Origin: Trichodelitschia bisporula
Lineage: Eukaryota
Length of the DNA: 64,000 nt
NCBI GenBank assembly: GCA_010356995.1
Contig: ML996707.1
Location: forward strand, 248,001-312,000
Reading direction: 5' to 3'
Part shown: one piece after another, positions 34,901 to 47,635 of the stretch
Layout: every line of letters starts with the position of its first letter
Numbering within the stretch: position 1 is the first letter of the stretch
Program-made: the position numbers and the translations under genes
The notes under the pieces: generated by a model
Database searches by the model: none
The model's input: only the letters and a program-made list of their open reading frames with translations
What the model was told of the DNA's origin: nothing

Positions 34901-37900
34901 CGTTGCGCATGATCCTGGGCAGAGCATTTGGGACCGTGATCATAACGCAGTAGACGCGGAGGTGGTGCTCCGTAAACAAAACGTCAATGACCCGCTCAGA
35001 TAGTGACTCCAAGAATGGCACATCCAATTGCCGTGGCGGTCCGCCGGCTGTGGTTGGGGCTGTAGAAGCCGCTTGCGTCTCAATTAGGATTATGGGGAGA
35101 TACTCCCCATTGACATAGGAATCGAACGCCGAACTATATCATCAGCGCGCGCCGTACCACATTACCGTGCAGACTCACCAATCATAGATCTTGAGCACGT
35201 TCTTCATGATACTGAGCACAAGGTGCTGTACGAAGAAGTAGCGGTGTTCAGCCTCGGGAACACCGTTGTCAACCCACTCCACCCGCTGCCGGATACGATC
35301 CTCATACAACCCCAAGACGTAAATCTTGCCGTTGATCAAGCAGCCTAACAGACCAGTCCTAAGGAATTCCGGTTCCACAATGACGGGCGTCGGATTGCCC
35401 TCTACGAATCTGTACGGCTTTGCATGAAAGATGGTCTCTGTGTATTTGGGCAGAGCCCAGAATCCACCTGAGAGTGACGGCGAATCGACCCAAATCTCTC
35501 CGACCGAGTACGGTGGGCAAAGCAGGTTCGTTTCGGGGTCGACCAAGGCAAGCGTGGCGTCCGGTATGGGATATCCAAATGCGCCGACTCGCAACAAGCC
35601 CGGGTCATTCGCCCTCTTCTGCACCTCATCGCCCACTGCCACGACGACGATCTGATTGCTCTTCAAAGCCTCCTTATCCAAAAGTGCTTCGGAGAGCTCT
35701 GTTCTGTGCTTCTTATGGTTCGACCGCATCACGGGCCCTCCGCCCCCAATCAAGCTGCTGTAACCATTATTGACAGCATTGTCAGGCGAATCCTCCTTAT
35801 CATCATCCTCTTCTGATGGAGTGGCACTGAGCGGACAACCCAACCGCTCTTCTCGCCCAATCCAGTCCCGGACGGAGATGACCATACCGCCATATTCCGG
35901 AAGGCACAGCATCGGCGCCACAACTTCTCTAGCCCGTGTATTCCTCAACGGCCGCAGCCACCGGTCCGCCAGGAGCTCATGGAATTCGCAATCAATCGTC
36001 AGCGTGTCGATCAGGCAAATCTTCACAGACGAAAAATTGGGCTCCACATTCTTCTTAAAGTTGCGAGTGGCCATTGGGTCTTGTTGATAATTGTAGGCCG
36101 CACGCTTGAGGCCTGGATAGTCGGCGACCATGACTGTGGCCTTGTACTTGCTGATGAGATGCGCGTAAAGTCCAGGGGTGTCAACCGTCCGGGCCTCCAT
36201 CCACACAACGGTGTGGCCTCCGTAGACACCAAGAAGAATTCCCAAAATCAGGCCGGCCCCTTCGCGGGGATCCAGATAGCTCAGTATGCTTTCCGTGCTC
36301 GTCGCGGGGGGCGGTACGACAAAGCTCCCGTCCGGATGGCGTAAATTCGGATTGAAGGTGTCCGTACTCGCGTTGTCTTGGGCTGGGACTGTGGAAATGA
36401 TCGCTTGCATACACGCCATCTGATGCATTATTGTTCGATGGCTCAATACCACGCCTCTGAGGTCGCCAGTTGGAGCACGTGAAAACTCAATATAGGCCAA
36501 ATCAGGCGTCGGGAGCTGCGGGCCGTCATCCTTCTTCTTGGGGTGGTAGCTGCCAAACTCGTTTGTCTTCCACCATTCGACACCCGTAGGCCACTTGAGT
36601 CGCTGCGCGCTAATATCACGCTGAAACGCTTTCAGATTGTTGTCCGTCGTCAAAGCAAGATGCGCTTGCGTTGTAGTCAGCAGAAGGCTTAGCTTCTGGT
36701 ATTCCTCGACGTTGTTCATTGGGACAGCCACAACTCCCGCCAGGAAGCAGCCCAACAACGCAACAGCAAAGTCGATGATCTCAGAGTCGCGGTACACCAA
36801 AGCCACACGGTCCCCACGGTATAGGTTACCTTTGTCCTTGATGACTTGGGCCACCTTTTCGGCTCGGCTGTGCAGCTTTTCGAATGTTATGGATGCAGTT
36901 TCCTTGCCCTTCGGGTCCAACACCCAAAAGGCCGGCTGTCTCGAGTTGGTCTTTCCACGGTGGCGAAGCACAGCTCCGAGGTTGTCGAACTTACTCATAA
37001 GGACGCCGGCATTATGGGGATCAACCGCATCAAAGGGCACTTCTCGCGGATCAAGGGGAAGCTGGCAGTCCACGATTGCAGCCGGCGGGAGGTCCTGAGC
37101 ACCGAGCATAGGCGGAGCCATGATTGCGGTTGGGGAGAAGGGCTCCTGGGAATACCTATGCACACCACCGTAGCTGTCTCGGGGCGCCTCCGAGGCCTGT
37201 TGCCCCGCAAAATCCGAGAAGAAGCCTTGCTGGGAATCCAGCATTGTACTGAGCCTGCTCTGTCCTGGAGAGCCATATTCTCCGCCTGCGCCATCGTGCT
37301 CATACGTCGGCTGGATGGCAGGGTTGAAGCGGTAGTCAGAGCCGACCATCGTCCCGCCGCGCGACTCGTATTCATACGGATCTGGTGTTAGGGGCCTCGC
37401 CTGGTACGAATCGCGCGGGTAGGGCTGCTGCGTAACATTCCGTACCCCCAACTGCCTCTCTTGAAACCGGCCAACCTGAGTCTGAGGATATCCGGGGGCG
37501 GATGCGGGAGAGTACGAGCCGGAGGCATTCCTCGAGTGCGCATGGGCATTGCCCTGATGGTCCAAGGTGGTTCCGGAGAGGGCGGCAAAGGAGGCGTTGC
37601 GCGACCCTTCTATCCCTTGCGCCTGCTGCTCGTCGCCATTGTGTATCCGTAGCCGACTCTGGAGTTCGTCCGTCTGCTCCGTGTTGAAGAACTGCGACAT
37701 GATGACGGTTCGGCGCTTCTCATAACTGTGCCGTTGTCAGCGCCAATCCTTGCAGCTTTATAGAAATCTCGAAGTGTTCCCAGCAGTGGCACCGGGTGAG
37801 TGTCGTACCCTTTTCTAGTGATATCGCCCTCCTGCACACTATTAGCGCAAGTCCCAGGGCCCATCTCGGCAGCCACCTGTATATACCTCAAGCTCGCGAT

Positions 37901-37946
37901 CCAGCTCCCGCAGCCTCGCCTGCAACTCTGCATCTAGGTCCGCCAT
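31933..37946 (-). CDS. CPS1: DIP2/CMR2-family protein (DMAP1-binding domain plus two acyl-CoA-ligase-like AMP-binding domains), CPS1 orthologue
   Basis: N-terminal LRELDRELE|EGDITRKG|YEKRR; LAYIEFSRAPTGDLRGVV; GEIWVDSPS; second domain GEIWVQS...RTGDLGFL; RSRLGEKQRGKIL. Confidence 0.93.
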
Positions 37947-39150
37947 TGTGTATGTCGTCTTAACGGGACTCAAAGGAAGGTTGAGGATATCCCGCGGGTA
38001 GACAGGTCGTCATTGAAGCCGGTTCGCGAGAGTGACCGAACGAGCGTGTATTACCGGTGCTGAGTGAATGGAGGCAGTCACAGGGAGTTCAAAGGGGTCC
38101 CAACGCTAGCCCGGCAATAAATGAGTATAAACGGCCTGTCAAAGGAAGGCGGGGACGAGATCGGATCGCACAGTCGAACTGGAGACGCGGTTGCGATGAC
38201 GAAACCTGGCTGTGACCCGCGCTTGGCAAGCCGCCGCAGGGACTGAACGTGGGCTGAAGTTACCTCAGCGCTGAAGGCGACTTGCAAGCGCCCTGTCAAC
38301 GGAGCAAGGAGTCGCCAGCGCGAAACAATCAAAACACAATATAAATCGTATCAACCTCCGTGGACCTGACACTGTGGTGCTTATGAATAAGACTTCCTAC
38401 CTAGTACAGAGTACCTTGCTCGACTTAACATTTTGAGCAGCACGGAAGACGAGGACGGCGGAAGGAACGGCCTTCGTCAATGACGTAGGTACATGCCTCG
38501 ACAAACGCCACGGCGTCTCTCCTCAACCTCACCACTGAACTCCAACATCGCAATTGCACCCATGGAAGCGACGAAGTACAACACTCGATACTGCTATGGA
38601 AATGATTTCTGCGGAAGACGGGGATCTCCCTCTCTCAGAAACTACACTGCCTCAATGGGAGTATCTTTGCTACATGATCACACGAGGCATGTCGGCCTTG
38701 ACATTTTACTTTTACCTCCATGTCCTAAATGAGTTAATCGATCTGTCTTTTCTTGCCTATCTAGCGTATCTATCGCCACAATGCGGTGCTCCTGGTCAAG
38801 AGAAGTTCCATTGCTATTGTCATGCCGCGCCCTATATCGTGAGAGGTTGAGAAGTGCTAAGAAAGGAGTAAGATACCAATTACACCAGCCAACAGCTTAC
38901 AGCGGCATAACCGTACGGCGAAACAAATACTCCTGGAATGTCATCTCGAATATAAAGTGCATGTTCATCGACACTGAACTTCGGTAAGCAGCAGCCATTG
39001 ATCGAGCCGGTATGTCTGTCACTCACGAAGAGAGAGCGCATAATCCTCAGCCCTACGTCCCTACCCAGCACTTCGAAAACGGCGACACCAAAAAAGGAAG
39101 CTCGAATCCACGGCGCGAAGCAAAGCCAAAAACAGTGAGGAGAAAAAAGA

Positions 39151-39245
39151 AGGTCCTGCCCGGATTCGAACCGGGGTTACCGGAAAGTGTGAATTCTGAA
39201 CTGAAGATCAGAATCCGATGTGATAACCAACTACACTACAAGACC
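39151..39245 (-). tRNA. tRNA-Gln(CTG) with a ~22-nt intron after position 37
   Basis: Reverse complement GGTCTTG TA GTGTAGTTGGTTATCAC A TCGGA TT CTG A [TCTTCAGTTCAGAATTCACACT] T TCCGG TAAC CCCGG TTCGAAT CCGGG CAGGACC T, followed by an oligo-T Pol III terminator. Confidence 0.95.
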
Positions 39246-39499
39246 TGATTTATGACTAAAACTTTGCTCCCAAGTTACATCCCATCTCGCCCAAGACGAG
39301 ATGTCCAACGGCGGATATCCGCCAATTCAACAGATCGAGGTTCTTGGAAGCTTCATAGACATCAAGCAAACTGAATGGATGAATTACTATCTACCTCTCA
39401 TTACGAGCAATGCATCTAACCCGCAGCCCAACACCTCTAATGCACCCCATATGTATACGCCATCCATGCACTTCCCTCACCCCTTCCTCTCCACCTCAA

Positions 39500-41443
39500 C
39501 TACGCCCTGACATCCACACTCTTCTCCTCCTCAAAAACAACCGGCACCTCCCTCCCCACCCTGGCCTCCTCCTCCTCCCTCTCCCTCTGCAACAAATACT
39601 GACAAAACTTACTCCGCTGCCTCAGCTTCGTCCCCTTCCAAATAAACACAAACGGAATCACCGCCATCGCAACGCTCAAGAAACCGAGCAGCGAGCACGC
39701 CCACGGCACCCCGAGCCTCGTGTACATAGGCCGCGCCGCGAAGGGGAGCACGGCGCCAGCAGCGCTGCGCACCATTGATGCAGCGGCCATAGCGCTGGCG
39801 GCGAAGATCTTGTACTGTGCTCATCAGCTCGGATCGGGCGGTCAGGGGTTCCCAAACTCACCGCATCAACAAGATAATTCAACAACGCCATAAAAATGAG
39901 CAAATACCCAATACCAAACGGCACCCCGCCCAGCACCGGGACAATCCAATGCACATCCGCCCTCGCACTCCACCCCATCCAAAAGCAGCTCGCAATAAGG
40001 AAAGGGCCAGCGAAGCACGCCAACGGCAATCTATTCATTTCCTCGCTCCGCGCCCAGCGGGCATTCCGCGCCCGCGCCCGCGCCATGATCATGTCCCACA
40101 AGATGTAGATGCCGATGGCGATGCACGCGCCGACGCCGATGGACAGGAAGACGAGCCCTTCTTGGCCGGGCGTGAAGCCGTAGATGTCGGTGAAGATGAT
40201 GGGGAAGGCTTGGAAGAACATGTAGAAGATGCCGTAGGCGAAGGCGAGGTAGAGGCAGGAGAAGAGGACAATAGCTTTGGGGGTTAGCGGGGCGGGGAAG
40301 GGGGGGAAGGGGGGCGTGAGGAGTGGGGTGGGGGACACACCTTCGAACAGGAACATCCGCACCGGCCGCGTGAGCACCACGGTAATAATGTGCGCCATAT
40401 CCTTCCTCTCATGCTCAATCGGCGCATACATCGTGTCCTCACCCGTTTCCTTGCGTATCTTGCGCGCGCGCGTGCGCAGCAGAATCGGCGCGAACGTCTC
40501 CGGCACGAGCAGGAGCGGCACGGCGGTGACGCCGGCATATATCAGGCTCGTCCAGAAGCTCCAGCGCCAACCGACGGACGGGGACAGGTAACCGGAAATG
40601 ATGGGTCCGGCGCAGGGGCCGAAGGTCGTGGCGCCCATGAAGATGGCCATTGCGCGGCCGCGCGATTCTGCGGTCTTGTATACGTCGGCACATGTCCTGA
40701 GCGGTCAGTGTGTACGCGGGGGTTGGCTGGAGCACGTACCCGCCGACTACGGCAATGGGACATGCGGCGAAGATACCGGTGATGAACCGTAGTATCACGA
40801 AACTGGCGAAGTTGGGGGCTAGCGCGCAGCCCAGCGTGAAGAGGGTGTACAGCGTGAAGGCTACGACCATGATGTCCTTCCTCCCATAGCTCTCACTCAG
40901 AGGCCCGAAGACAATTGGCCCGAGGACGTAGCCGACGAGGAACAGAGACGTCGGGAGGATGAGTAGCGACCTGCTGGTTATACCCCATTCTTCGCCAAAG
41001 TAGGCCGATGAATTCGAGGCGAGGCCTGACGATACGGTGCTGTTTGTGACGGTGAGGATGGAGACTAGGACCACGAAGCACTTTTTCCACTGTTGGAGTC
41101 AGCTACGGTTCGACGACACTTCATGCTTCACGTACGGAGCTCCAGTTGTACGGGCTCTCTGGGTCGTCGGGGGCGAAGTATAGACATGTCCGACCGTCAT
41201 GGTCTTCGGAGGGCACATCGCTGGGTAGGCTTGACCGGGTGCTCCCATTGTCATTGTCCTTGGTGGTCATCCTGAGGTTCGCAACTTTCTCGTCGCTCTC
41301 GAGGTCCTTGTTCCGGGAAGTGACTACCACTATCAGCGATGACGTCTTCTCGTCGGCAGCGATAAGATACCTCTAGCAATAGATGCGCCCGTCGTCTTGC
41401 GCTCAAGCGCGAGATCTTGACTACCTCTCGGATCCATAACCAT
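39500..41443 (-). CDS. MFS drug:H+ antiporter (DHA1 family), multi-exon
   Basis: DDPESPYNWS|WKK, FGPLSESYGRK, GPCAGPIISGYL...GWRWSFW, PETFAP, NYLVDA|Y...ASAMAA; first exon (ATG 41443/41437) splices in phase through intron 41324-41370. Confidence 0.92.
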
Positions 41444-42114
41444 TCTCTTCCCAAAAAACCGCAGCGAAGGAACAAAAATAATAATAAGAAGGGCTAAGCT
41501 AGGATAAAGTCCAGTTCATCCCCCCATCGGCGCCGCCTCAACCGTGGTAACGCGTGGATCCCCCCGCCCACAACGGCAGTCACCATTGACCCCAAAACCC
41601 ACTCCCCACCGGCACGCACCTTCCGCTGGCACCCCGCGGGCCTATTCCGATGAAGCCTGTACCCGATCTGCATAATATTGGTCGCAAAAGGTCGGGTATG
41701 ACGGCAACTAGCCCATGGCGTTGCGCTAGAGCATCATGGGAGCAGGCAAAGACGACGCCCTTGCGCGAGCCCCCGCATCGTGTGCACGCTTAGCCGGGCG
41801 GCAGACATGGTGTCTGCGAGCCGCGATCCGTCTTGCAGTCTTGGGGTTCCGGGGGCGGTTTGGCTCGGGGGTTGTTGTCAGCGCGACGTCACGGCGAGGG
41901 GTACGGTTGGTCGATCCGGGGGACCTGGTCGGTGGGGAATAGCAGAGTGCAAGCGGGGATAGTGAAGGCCAGACGGCGAGGACTCCGAAAGGGTACATAA
42001 ATGTTATCGTCTCGACGAGAGATATCGAGTCAGAGATTGCAAATTAGCTTCGAATGATTGAGATTATCGTCGGCTTGTTCGTCGCCTCACGGCCAAGCGC
42101 ACACCAAGCCGGAA

Positions 42115-42730
42115 TTAGGTTTCCAAGTTGATGCTTTTACCAAACCGTGCGTAGAGCGCCACCTTGAGTTCCTGCATTTCGTCCCTCAGTCCCCCAAGCT
42201 GCTCCTCCAACCCCTCAACGCCCTCTTCTACCTTTTCCGTGGCTTCAGTGAGCAGCTGCTGCGCATCCTCAAGCGGCAGGGCAAAGAACGAATCCCCGAT
42301 CTTGTATCTACGTCGCGTCAATCCATGCAATGTCTCCGGCAGGGCGCGCAGGAAGGGGAAAAAAACGCACTGGACCTTCTCATCCTCATCCGCCAACTCC
42401 AGCTCATTCGAAATCTCTTCAAGGTCTTCCTTGTCCTTCTGCATTTTGCAAAAAAGTCATGCATGAGTTACTCCACAGCGTAAGTATCACGGCGCGAGCG
42501 AAGACCCACCTGCTTCTGCTTCAGCTCCGCTTCCAGCAACGACTCTTTCTGATGCAACTGACTGAATTTGTTGATTTTTTCCTGGTCTTCGCGGCGCACC
42601 TCTGTGTCTTCGGCCGCCGCCTCGTCTTCCTTTGAGAGCTGCGGTGCACACGAATATGTTAGGACGGGCTGCGCATGAGGCCAGAGGTGAGCCTCGTTGG
42701 ACTGCGTGAACGAACCATACGACGATTCAT
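42115..42730 (-). CDS. GIM3: Prefoldin subunit 4 (4 exons)
   Basis: MNRRM|LSKEDE...EVRREDQEKINKFS, KDKEDLEEISNELELADEDEKV, YKIGDSF, LKVALYARFGKSINLET. Confidence 0.95.
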
Positions 42731-43440
42731 CTTGACTGGTGCTCGGTCGACTCGACTCTCGAAAGCGAAGTCGGTAGTTATCGAAGGACGCGTTTGATGG
42801 ACAGTTGACACAAGCTCAAGTGCAGTTCCCAGCAAAGAGTAGCAGTCGACGCTCAAACCCGCAGCCAATCGGGCCGCTTATACCGGTAGAAGCTTCAACG
42901 CCACCCACGAATAGTATGTCTTCCCAAACCGACTTCACTACATGCACGACAACGGAATTAAATTACACAATTGGAATCTTTTCCTCCTACTTGCATGGAG
43001 GACATGTGAGTTCGCAGACTGTTCGACCTATCTCAGTTCATTTCCTCCCAGCAACGTGGCCAGCAATCGAGAACCCCGCCCCGCTTGCGGAGGACGCGCA
43101 TGCCCGGGGCCCAGCGGGGGCGGCGCTCACGTCAGTGGCGGGGTGTCGGTGATGCACCCACGCGATATCGCAAGTGATCAAAAGCGGGCGACATCGGCTT
43201 TTCACCGCCCAAAATGTTCAGTAACAGAAGAGCCCATCCAAAGGGCGCAGGCCGTCTGACCCGCTACATTCCTATGCTACACCCGTAAACCCTCTCATCT
43301 AAAACACCAAAAAATGCCATACCAATGGTGTACCCACCGTGTGCTGTGCCGCGCAAACCTGGTAGCCAACCGGTCCCCAATCCCTCATTATACAGATACA
43401 TAAATCGTACGTCGTCTCCCTCATGCAAGTGCGCATGCCA

Positions 43441-44079
43441 TCACGACGGCACCTCCAAATGTGACCTCTGCAGCACGGGCGCCGCCTCCTCAGTCATAAA
43501 CTGATTATTCTCCGACGGCCCCCCAATCGCGAAGTCCTTCATCCTCGGCACCATCGGATCCATGGCTCCCACCGGTATGTCGTCGCGCTCAACGCCCGTC
43601 CCCCGCGGCGTACTCTCCCCCCCCGACCCCTCCTCATCCTCAGCCACCGCCTCCCCAGCAACCCGATGCGGCTCATGCACCGGCCCATCCCCAAACCGAC
43701 TTGCCGTACTCCTCCGCCCAACCTGCGCCTCCGCACTGTTCTTGCGGCTGGGCGCACGCGACCCCATGGGACTGTACTGGCTCTGAGATGACTTGCGTCG
43801 CCAGGCGGTGTTGAAGGAGAAGGCTTCGAGGAGTTCTTTGTGCTGCTTGTCTACGGGCCGCCGGTATTTTGGGGGGGGGAGCTTTTCGCCAGGTTTGTAG
43901 GTGCTGGCGGGAGGGTCAGGGTTGGGTTTTGCGGCGGCGGCGACGGCGGTGGCTATGGCGGTGGTGGTGGGTGTGGTGGTGGTTGTGGTGGTGGCGCCGT
44001 TCGCTGTAGTGGTGGTGGGTTTGGCATCGGAGTGCGACGCGCGCCGGAAAGTCTTCTTCAACCGTTCACGGAAGTGCAT
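43441..44079 (-). CDS. Hypothetical fungal protein (212 aa, intronless)
   Basis: ATG-initiated ORF with coding-like composition and a YKPGEKLPPPKYRRPVDKQHKELLEAFSF...YSPMGSR motif I recall from uncharacterised ascomycete proteins. Confidence 0.75.
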   Translation of the reverse strand: MHFRERLKKTFRRASHSDAKPTTTTANGATTTTTTTPTTTAIATAVAAAAKPNPDPPASTYKPGEKLPPPKYRRPVDKQHKELLEAFSFNTAWRRKSSQSQYSPMGSRAPSRKNSAEAQVGRRSTASRFGDGPVHEPHRVAGEAVAEDEEGSGGESTPRGTGVERDDIPVGAMDPMVPRMKDFAIGGPSENNQFMTEEAAPVLQRSHLEVPS

Positions 44080-45422
44080 ATCGAGAGCGCGGGTGCGGTA
44101 AGCGGCGTGAGGAGGGCGGATAGCCGCGGGACACTCAGTCGCAGTTCAGCGCGTAGAACATCTAAAGACAGCGTAGCAATCTCAGCAGTAAGAAAAACAG
44201 TCGGCAATGCGCTCATATATGGTGGGTGTCGCGGTAGGTGCGGGAGGAATGTGGAGAGATACAACGCTGGTCAAATGCAGAAGAGACTGGAAAGCTGACC
44301 ATCGTCATTTTGCGCCGAACTTGATTCGATCTCCGCGCCGCCGGCTGTTAGCGTCCGGCCCTGGCCTTGGTGCATGTGGCTAGGACTGGGGTGGGCCAAT
44401 CGGCGCGTGGGAGTGCTTGTTTTTAGATGCGACTTCGAGATTCGACGATGGGGATCTGTGCGCGCGCATCTTGGACGCGATATTGAAGAAGTGCGCGATG
44501 TGTTCCTGGCCTGGAGGGAGTTAATGGGGCCCAAGCTCTGCCTGGCTTTAGAAGTAGCATAAGTACCTCCCCAGGGTGTTTTGTCAACAACCCACAACAA
44601 CACACCTCAAGGGTCAAGCAACTCGACGCACATATGGAGTCCCCATTATATATTCCATGGGGAGCAACCTATACATGAAGCCGCAGCCGGCGCGATGATT
44701 CGGGCGGCGCCTCTTCAACACGATGACAACTTCGCGCACCTCGTCCAGTGGCTGCTCAACATGCAAGAAGCCAACCAGCTGAAGCTGATCTCCATCATGG
44801 GGCTACAGGCCCCAACGACCCTATGGAAACATATATCTTGGGAGGCTGGAATCTGGGGACAGCCTATCAGGCTGGATGATCGATCGGCGCTCCAGCCTGG
44901 TGCGGATCCAATATAATCACCGACGTACATCTCCGACACCTTGCCCACAGCAACAACGGCCCGGCATATACTATATCTTATAGAAGAGAAGCAGGCGAAG
45001 GGTCTCTACCCGACTCCTGAGGACTTCATTCGCGATGCGAAGCGGCGTGCTGGCACCGCCCGGCCCGTGATATATATACCCGGCTTCAATCAGGATGACC
45101 AAAGCACGAGTTGGTCCTCGTCCTCATCCATTCCGTCCTCGCCTTCACCTTCAGCTGATTCTTCTTCCTCGCCAATACCCAGCCCCACATGAACCAAATG
45201 GCTAACCTTATCCCAGCCCACCAATACATCAATAAACGAATCCAAAGCCAACACAGGGGCCGAATGGCCCCGTCCGCCCCCGCAACGCTTCTGTGCTCGC
45301 GGATGATCCTTGCGAGTATGAACATCCGGAGGGGGACGAGACATAGCCTCTAGCGACTCGGCGGTAATCCTCTCGCGTACTCGTGTTTGCGTATCGGATG
45401 GACCGGGGACCGGCCCGGCCTC

Positions 45423-45689
45423 GCCCTCGGCTTGGACCATTGAAGCTTGCACGAACTGCGCTGGGCCTCCGGGATAAATAGCACTACTGTCGGCTGTCTG
45501 AGAAGTACCATGCAGGACGGCAGATATTACGATTAGGAAGATGCGGCGCGCTGCCAGATGGAGGACCTTGGCATTGGGCGTTGGGCGGAGATCATACAAG
45601 CGATCGGGTCTGGCAGCCCGGAAAAGAACTGGAGCTGCCCTCGGCTTCGACTCTTGAAGCGTGCACGAACGTCGCTGGGGCCTCCAGGG
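45423..45689. repeat. Diverged ~52-bp direct repeat (45423-45474 and 45637-45689)
   Basis: gccctcggcttggaccattgaagcttgcacgaactgcgctggg-cctccggg versus gccctcggcttcgactcttgaagcgtgcacgaacgtcgctggggcctccaggg. Confidence 0.85.
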
Positions 45690-46234
45690 TGAAAGACCAT
45701 GATCACTGGTAACTCCAGATGGGCTACTGTCCGTGGCTCCTGTTTGATCAAGGCAAAGGAGCGCTGCCAGGAGAAGCATCAGATGCCGAGCATGAAGACG
45801 TGCGGCCGCTCAAACGTATACATGAACCTCGGTGTGCGTCGCGTATCTCGGCGTCCGGCGTCCGGTATCCTGGGTGCGGCTGGATTGTGCATTAGCCACG
45901 ATGGACGAATACCCTCAGCCGAATATACCTTCGCCAACGTCTCCCACGGAAGGTGCCATGACCGTTCTGCCACCTATGGCCCCCGCTCCTTCCCAATACC
46001 GTAATCGCACCTCCACCGAAGGCTTCGCTTAAACCACCGCATTAGGCAATGGCGATATTCACCCGCCCGCCGGCTCTCACAAAAGTCCCCCTTGACTTCC
46101 CCAACACCACCCTCTCAGTACCCTCGCTGAACCACTCACACTAAGTCAAGGAGCCAGGCGAACAATCGTACGTCCACCCCCACCTCCACCCTCCCTATTA
46201 TTCAACCCCCCAATCTAACCCCAACCAGACAAAC

Positions 46235-47635
46235 ATGTTCAACTACACCTTCACCGACCCCTCGGAGTGCGCCAACGCCGCGAGCTCGAGCTCCAACCAC
46301 GATGAACCCCCGCCCGAGACCTCGCAGCGCGTCGCGCGCGTCGTGCTCGTCAACGAGGAGCTCCTCCCTCAACCCTTCGCGCGCGACAATACGACCACGG
46401 GAAACGGCGAGGGACGTCCAGCTACGACCGAGCAGCGCCTAGCGCGCGTACGCCAGGCCTTCGCAGAGATGCAAGCTAGGCGAGGTGGTGGCGTCAATCG
46501 CGGCGATCGCGTCGGTCCGGCCAGCAACGCCGAGCCCCTCAAAGGCGGCGAGCATCTTCTGCGCGCGATAGTAACCTACCCGGAAACAGAAGAAGGGCGC
46601 CACAACACCAACACCCCAGCAAGCGCGGATCTCACCATGCCGCCGCCTCCACGTCCACCGCCTCCGCTCGCTCCGGTCTCGCAAGACACCACCGTCGGTG
46701 CGTCCACATCCACCACGGCGCAGCCCCAGGGGACCTTCTCATCCATGTCGCACTTCATCACAACAACCGGTTTCGTGCAAGGCTGGCTGATCCCTGCCGC
46801 GTCCCTGGATGCGTCCGCGCCTCTGCCGGATACACAGGTGGTGTACATCCCGGCGGTGCCCGGCACCACGCCCCTGCCCCTCCATCTGCACCTGTCGTCC
46901 GCCCCGCCTCCTGCTGCACCCGCGCGCTCTTCTGTCGACCACGCCGGCCTCGCCGCCGCGCACGCCGACTTCCAGTGGCACATGCGTAACTACATGCGCA
47001 CGCCTGCCCCTCGCATGTCGAACACCGGCCACACGCGCGAGCACTACGCCTTCATCGCCTGGATTATGCGCACAGGCGCCGTCAGACGCCTAGTTCTCGA
47101 CATCCTCTCGCGCGAAAGCGAGGTCGCCTCGCCAGCCCCCTTGCCCGAAGCCGAGAAGCAGCGCTGGATCGTCCGGCTGCTTACGACATACAATTTCCAT
47201 TCCGAAGGGCCCATCACGCATGACGAGATCGAGCGGAGTGTGCCGGTGGTGGAGCGGCGCTTGCGCGAGGCTGATATCGTGCTTGGCGTGGTGGCTATGT
47301 ACTGTCTCAATACTGGATATCCGGGTGGGGGGAGGATTGAGGCTGTTGTGAGGGAGGCGTTGGCCACCCACGACGTTGCCCGGGAACTGGTGGAGGATGA
47401 TGAGTTTTACCTGCGGTATGGGGAGGGGCTGTATGCGTTGAAGGAGCAGCTTCGCGGCTCCGTCGAGGGCTATTTCTTTGGAGATAACTCTAAACAGGGT
47501 GGGTGTGGTGGCAGCTCGTGTGAGGCGCGTCCTGAAGGGGCCATCGCCGATAGCCGTCCTCGCTCGCCGCCCGGGGAAGGGGAGGAACCAGCCCGGAAGA
47601 GACACAAAGGCAAGGAACGCGCAGTGGATACCTAG
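46235..47635 (+). CDS. Hypothetical protein (466 aa), Pro-rich N-half, helical C-half, C-terminal basic NLS-like PARKRHK
   Basis: Long ATG ORF with a good start context, C-rich leader and the same C-to-G codon gradient as neighbouring genes; no family recognised. Confidence 0.7.
   Translation: MFNYTFTDPSECANAASSSSNHDEPPPETSQRVARVVLVNEELLPQPFARDNTTTGNGEGRPATTEQRLARVRQAFAEMQARRGGGVNRGDRVGPASNAEPLKGGEHLLRAIVTYPETEEGRHNTNTPASADLTMPPPPRPPPPLAPVSQDTTVGASTSTTAQPQGTFSSMSHFITTTGFVQGWLIPAASLDASAPLPDTQVVYIPAVPGTTPLPLHLHLSSAPPPAAPARSSVDHAGLAAAHADFQWHMRNYMRTPAPRMSNTGHTREHYAFIAWIMRTGAVRRLVLDILSRESEVASPAPLPEAEKQRWIVRLLTTYNFHSEGPITHDEIERSVPVVERRLREADIVLGVVAMYCLNTGYPGGGRIEAVVREALATHDVARELVEDDEFYLRYGEGLYALKEQLRGSVEGYFFGDNSKQGGCGGSSCEARPEGAIADSRPRSPPGEGEEPARKRHKGKERAVDT

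Noticed and set aside
38340..39100. RIP-mutated transposon remnant next to the tRNA
   Set aside because: Only mildly AT-rich, with no terminal repeats or transposase/RT motifs.
31933..41443. AMP-binding protein plus MFS transporter as an NRPS-like cluster
   Set aside because: The AMP-binding gene is the conserved DIP2/CPS1 type, with no thiolation or condensation domains and no tailoring genes.
41333..41443. 36-aa uORF upstream of the MFS gene
   Set aside because: Better explained as exon 1, since intron 41324-41370 splices it in phase to VTSRNKDLES.
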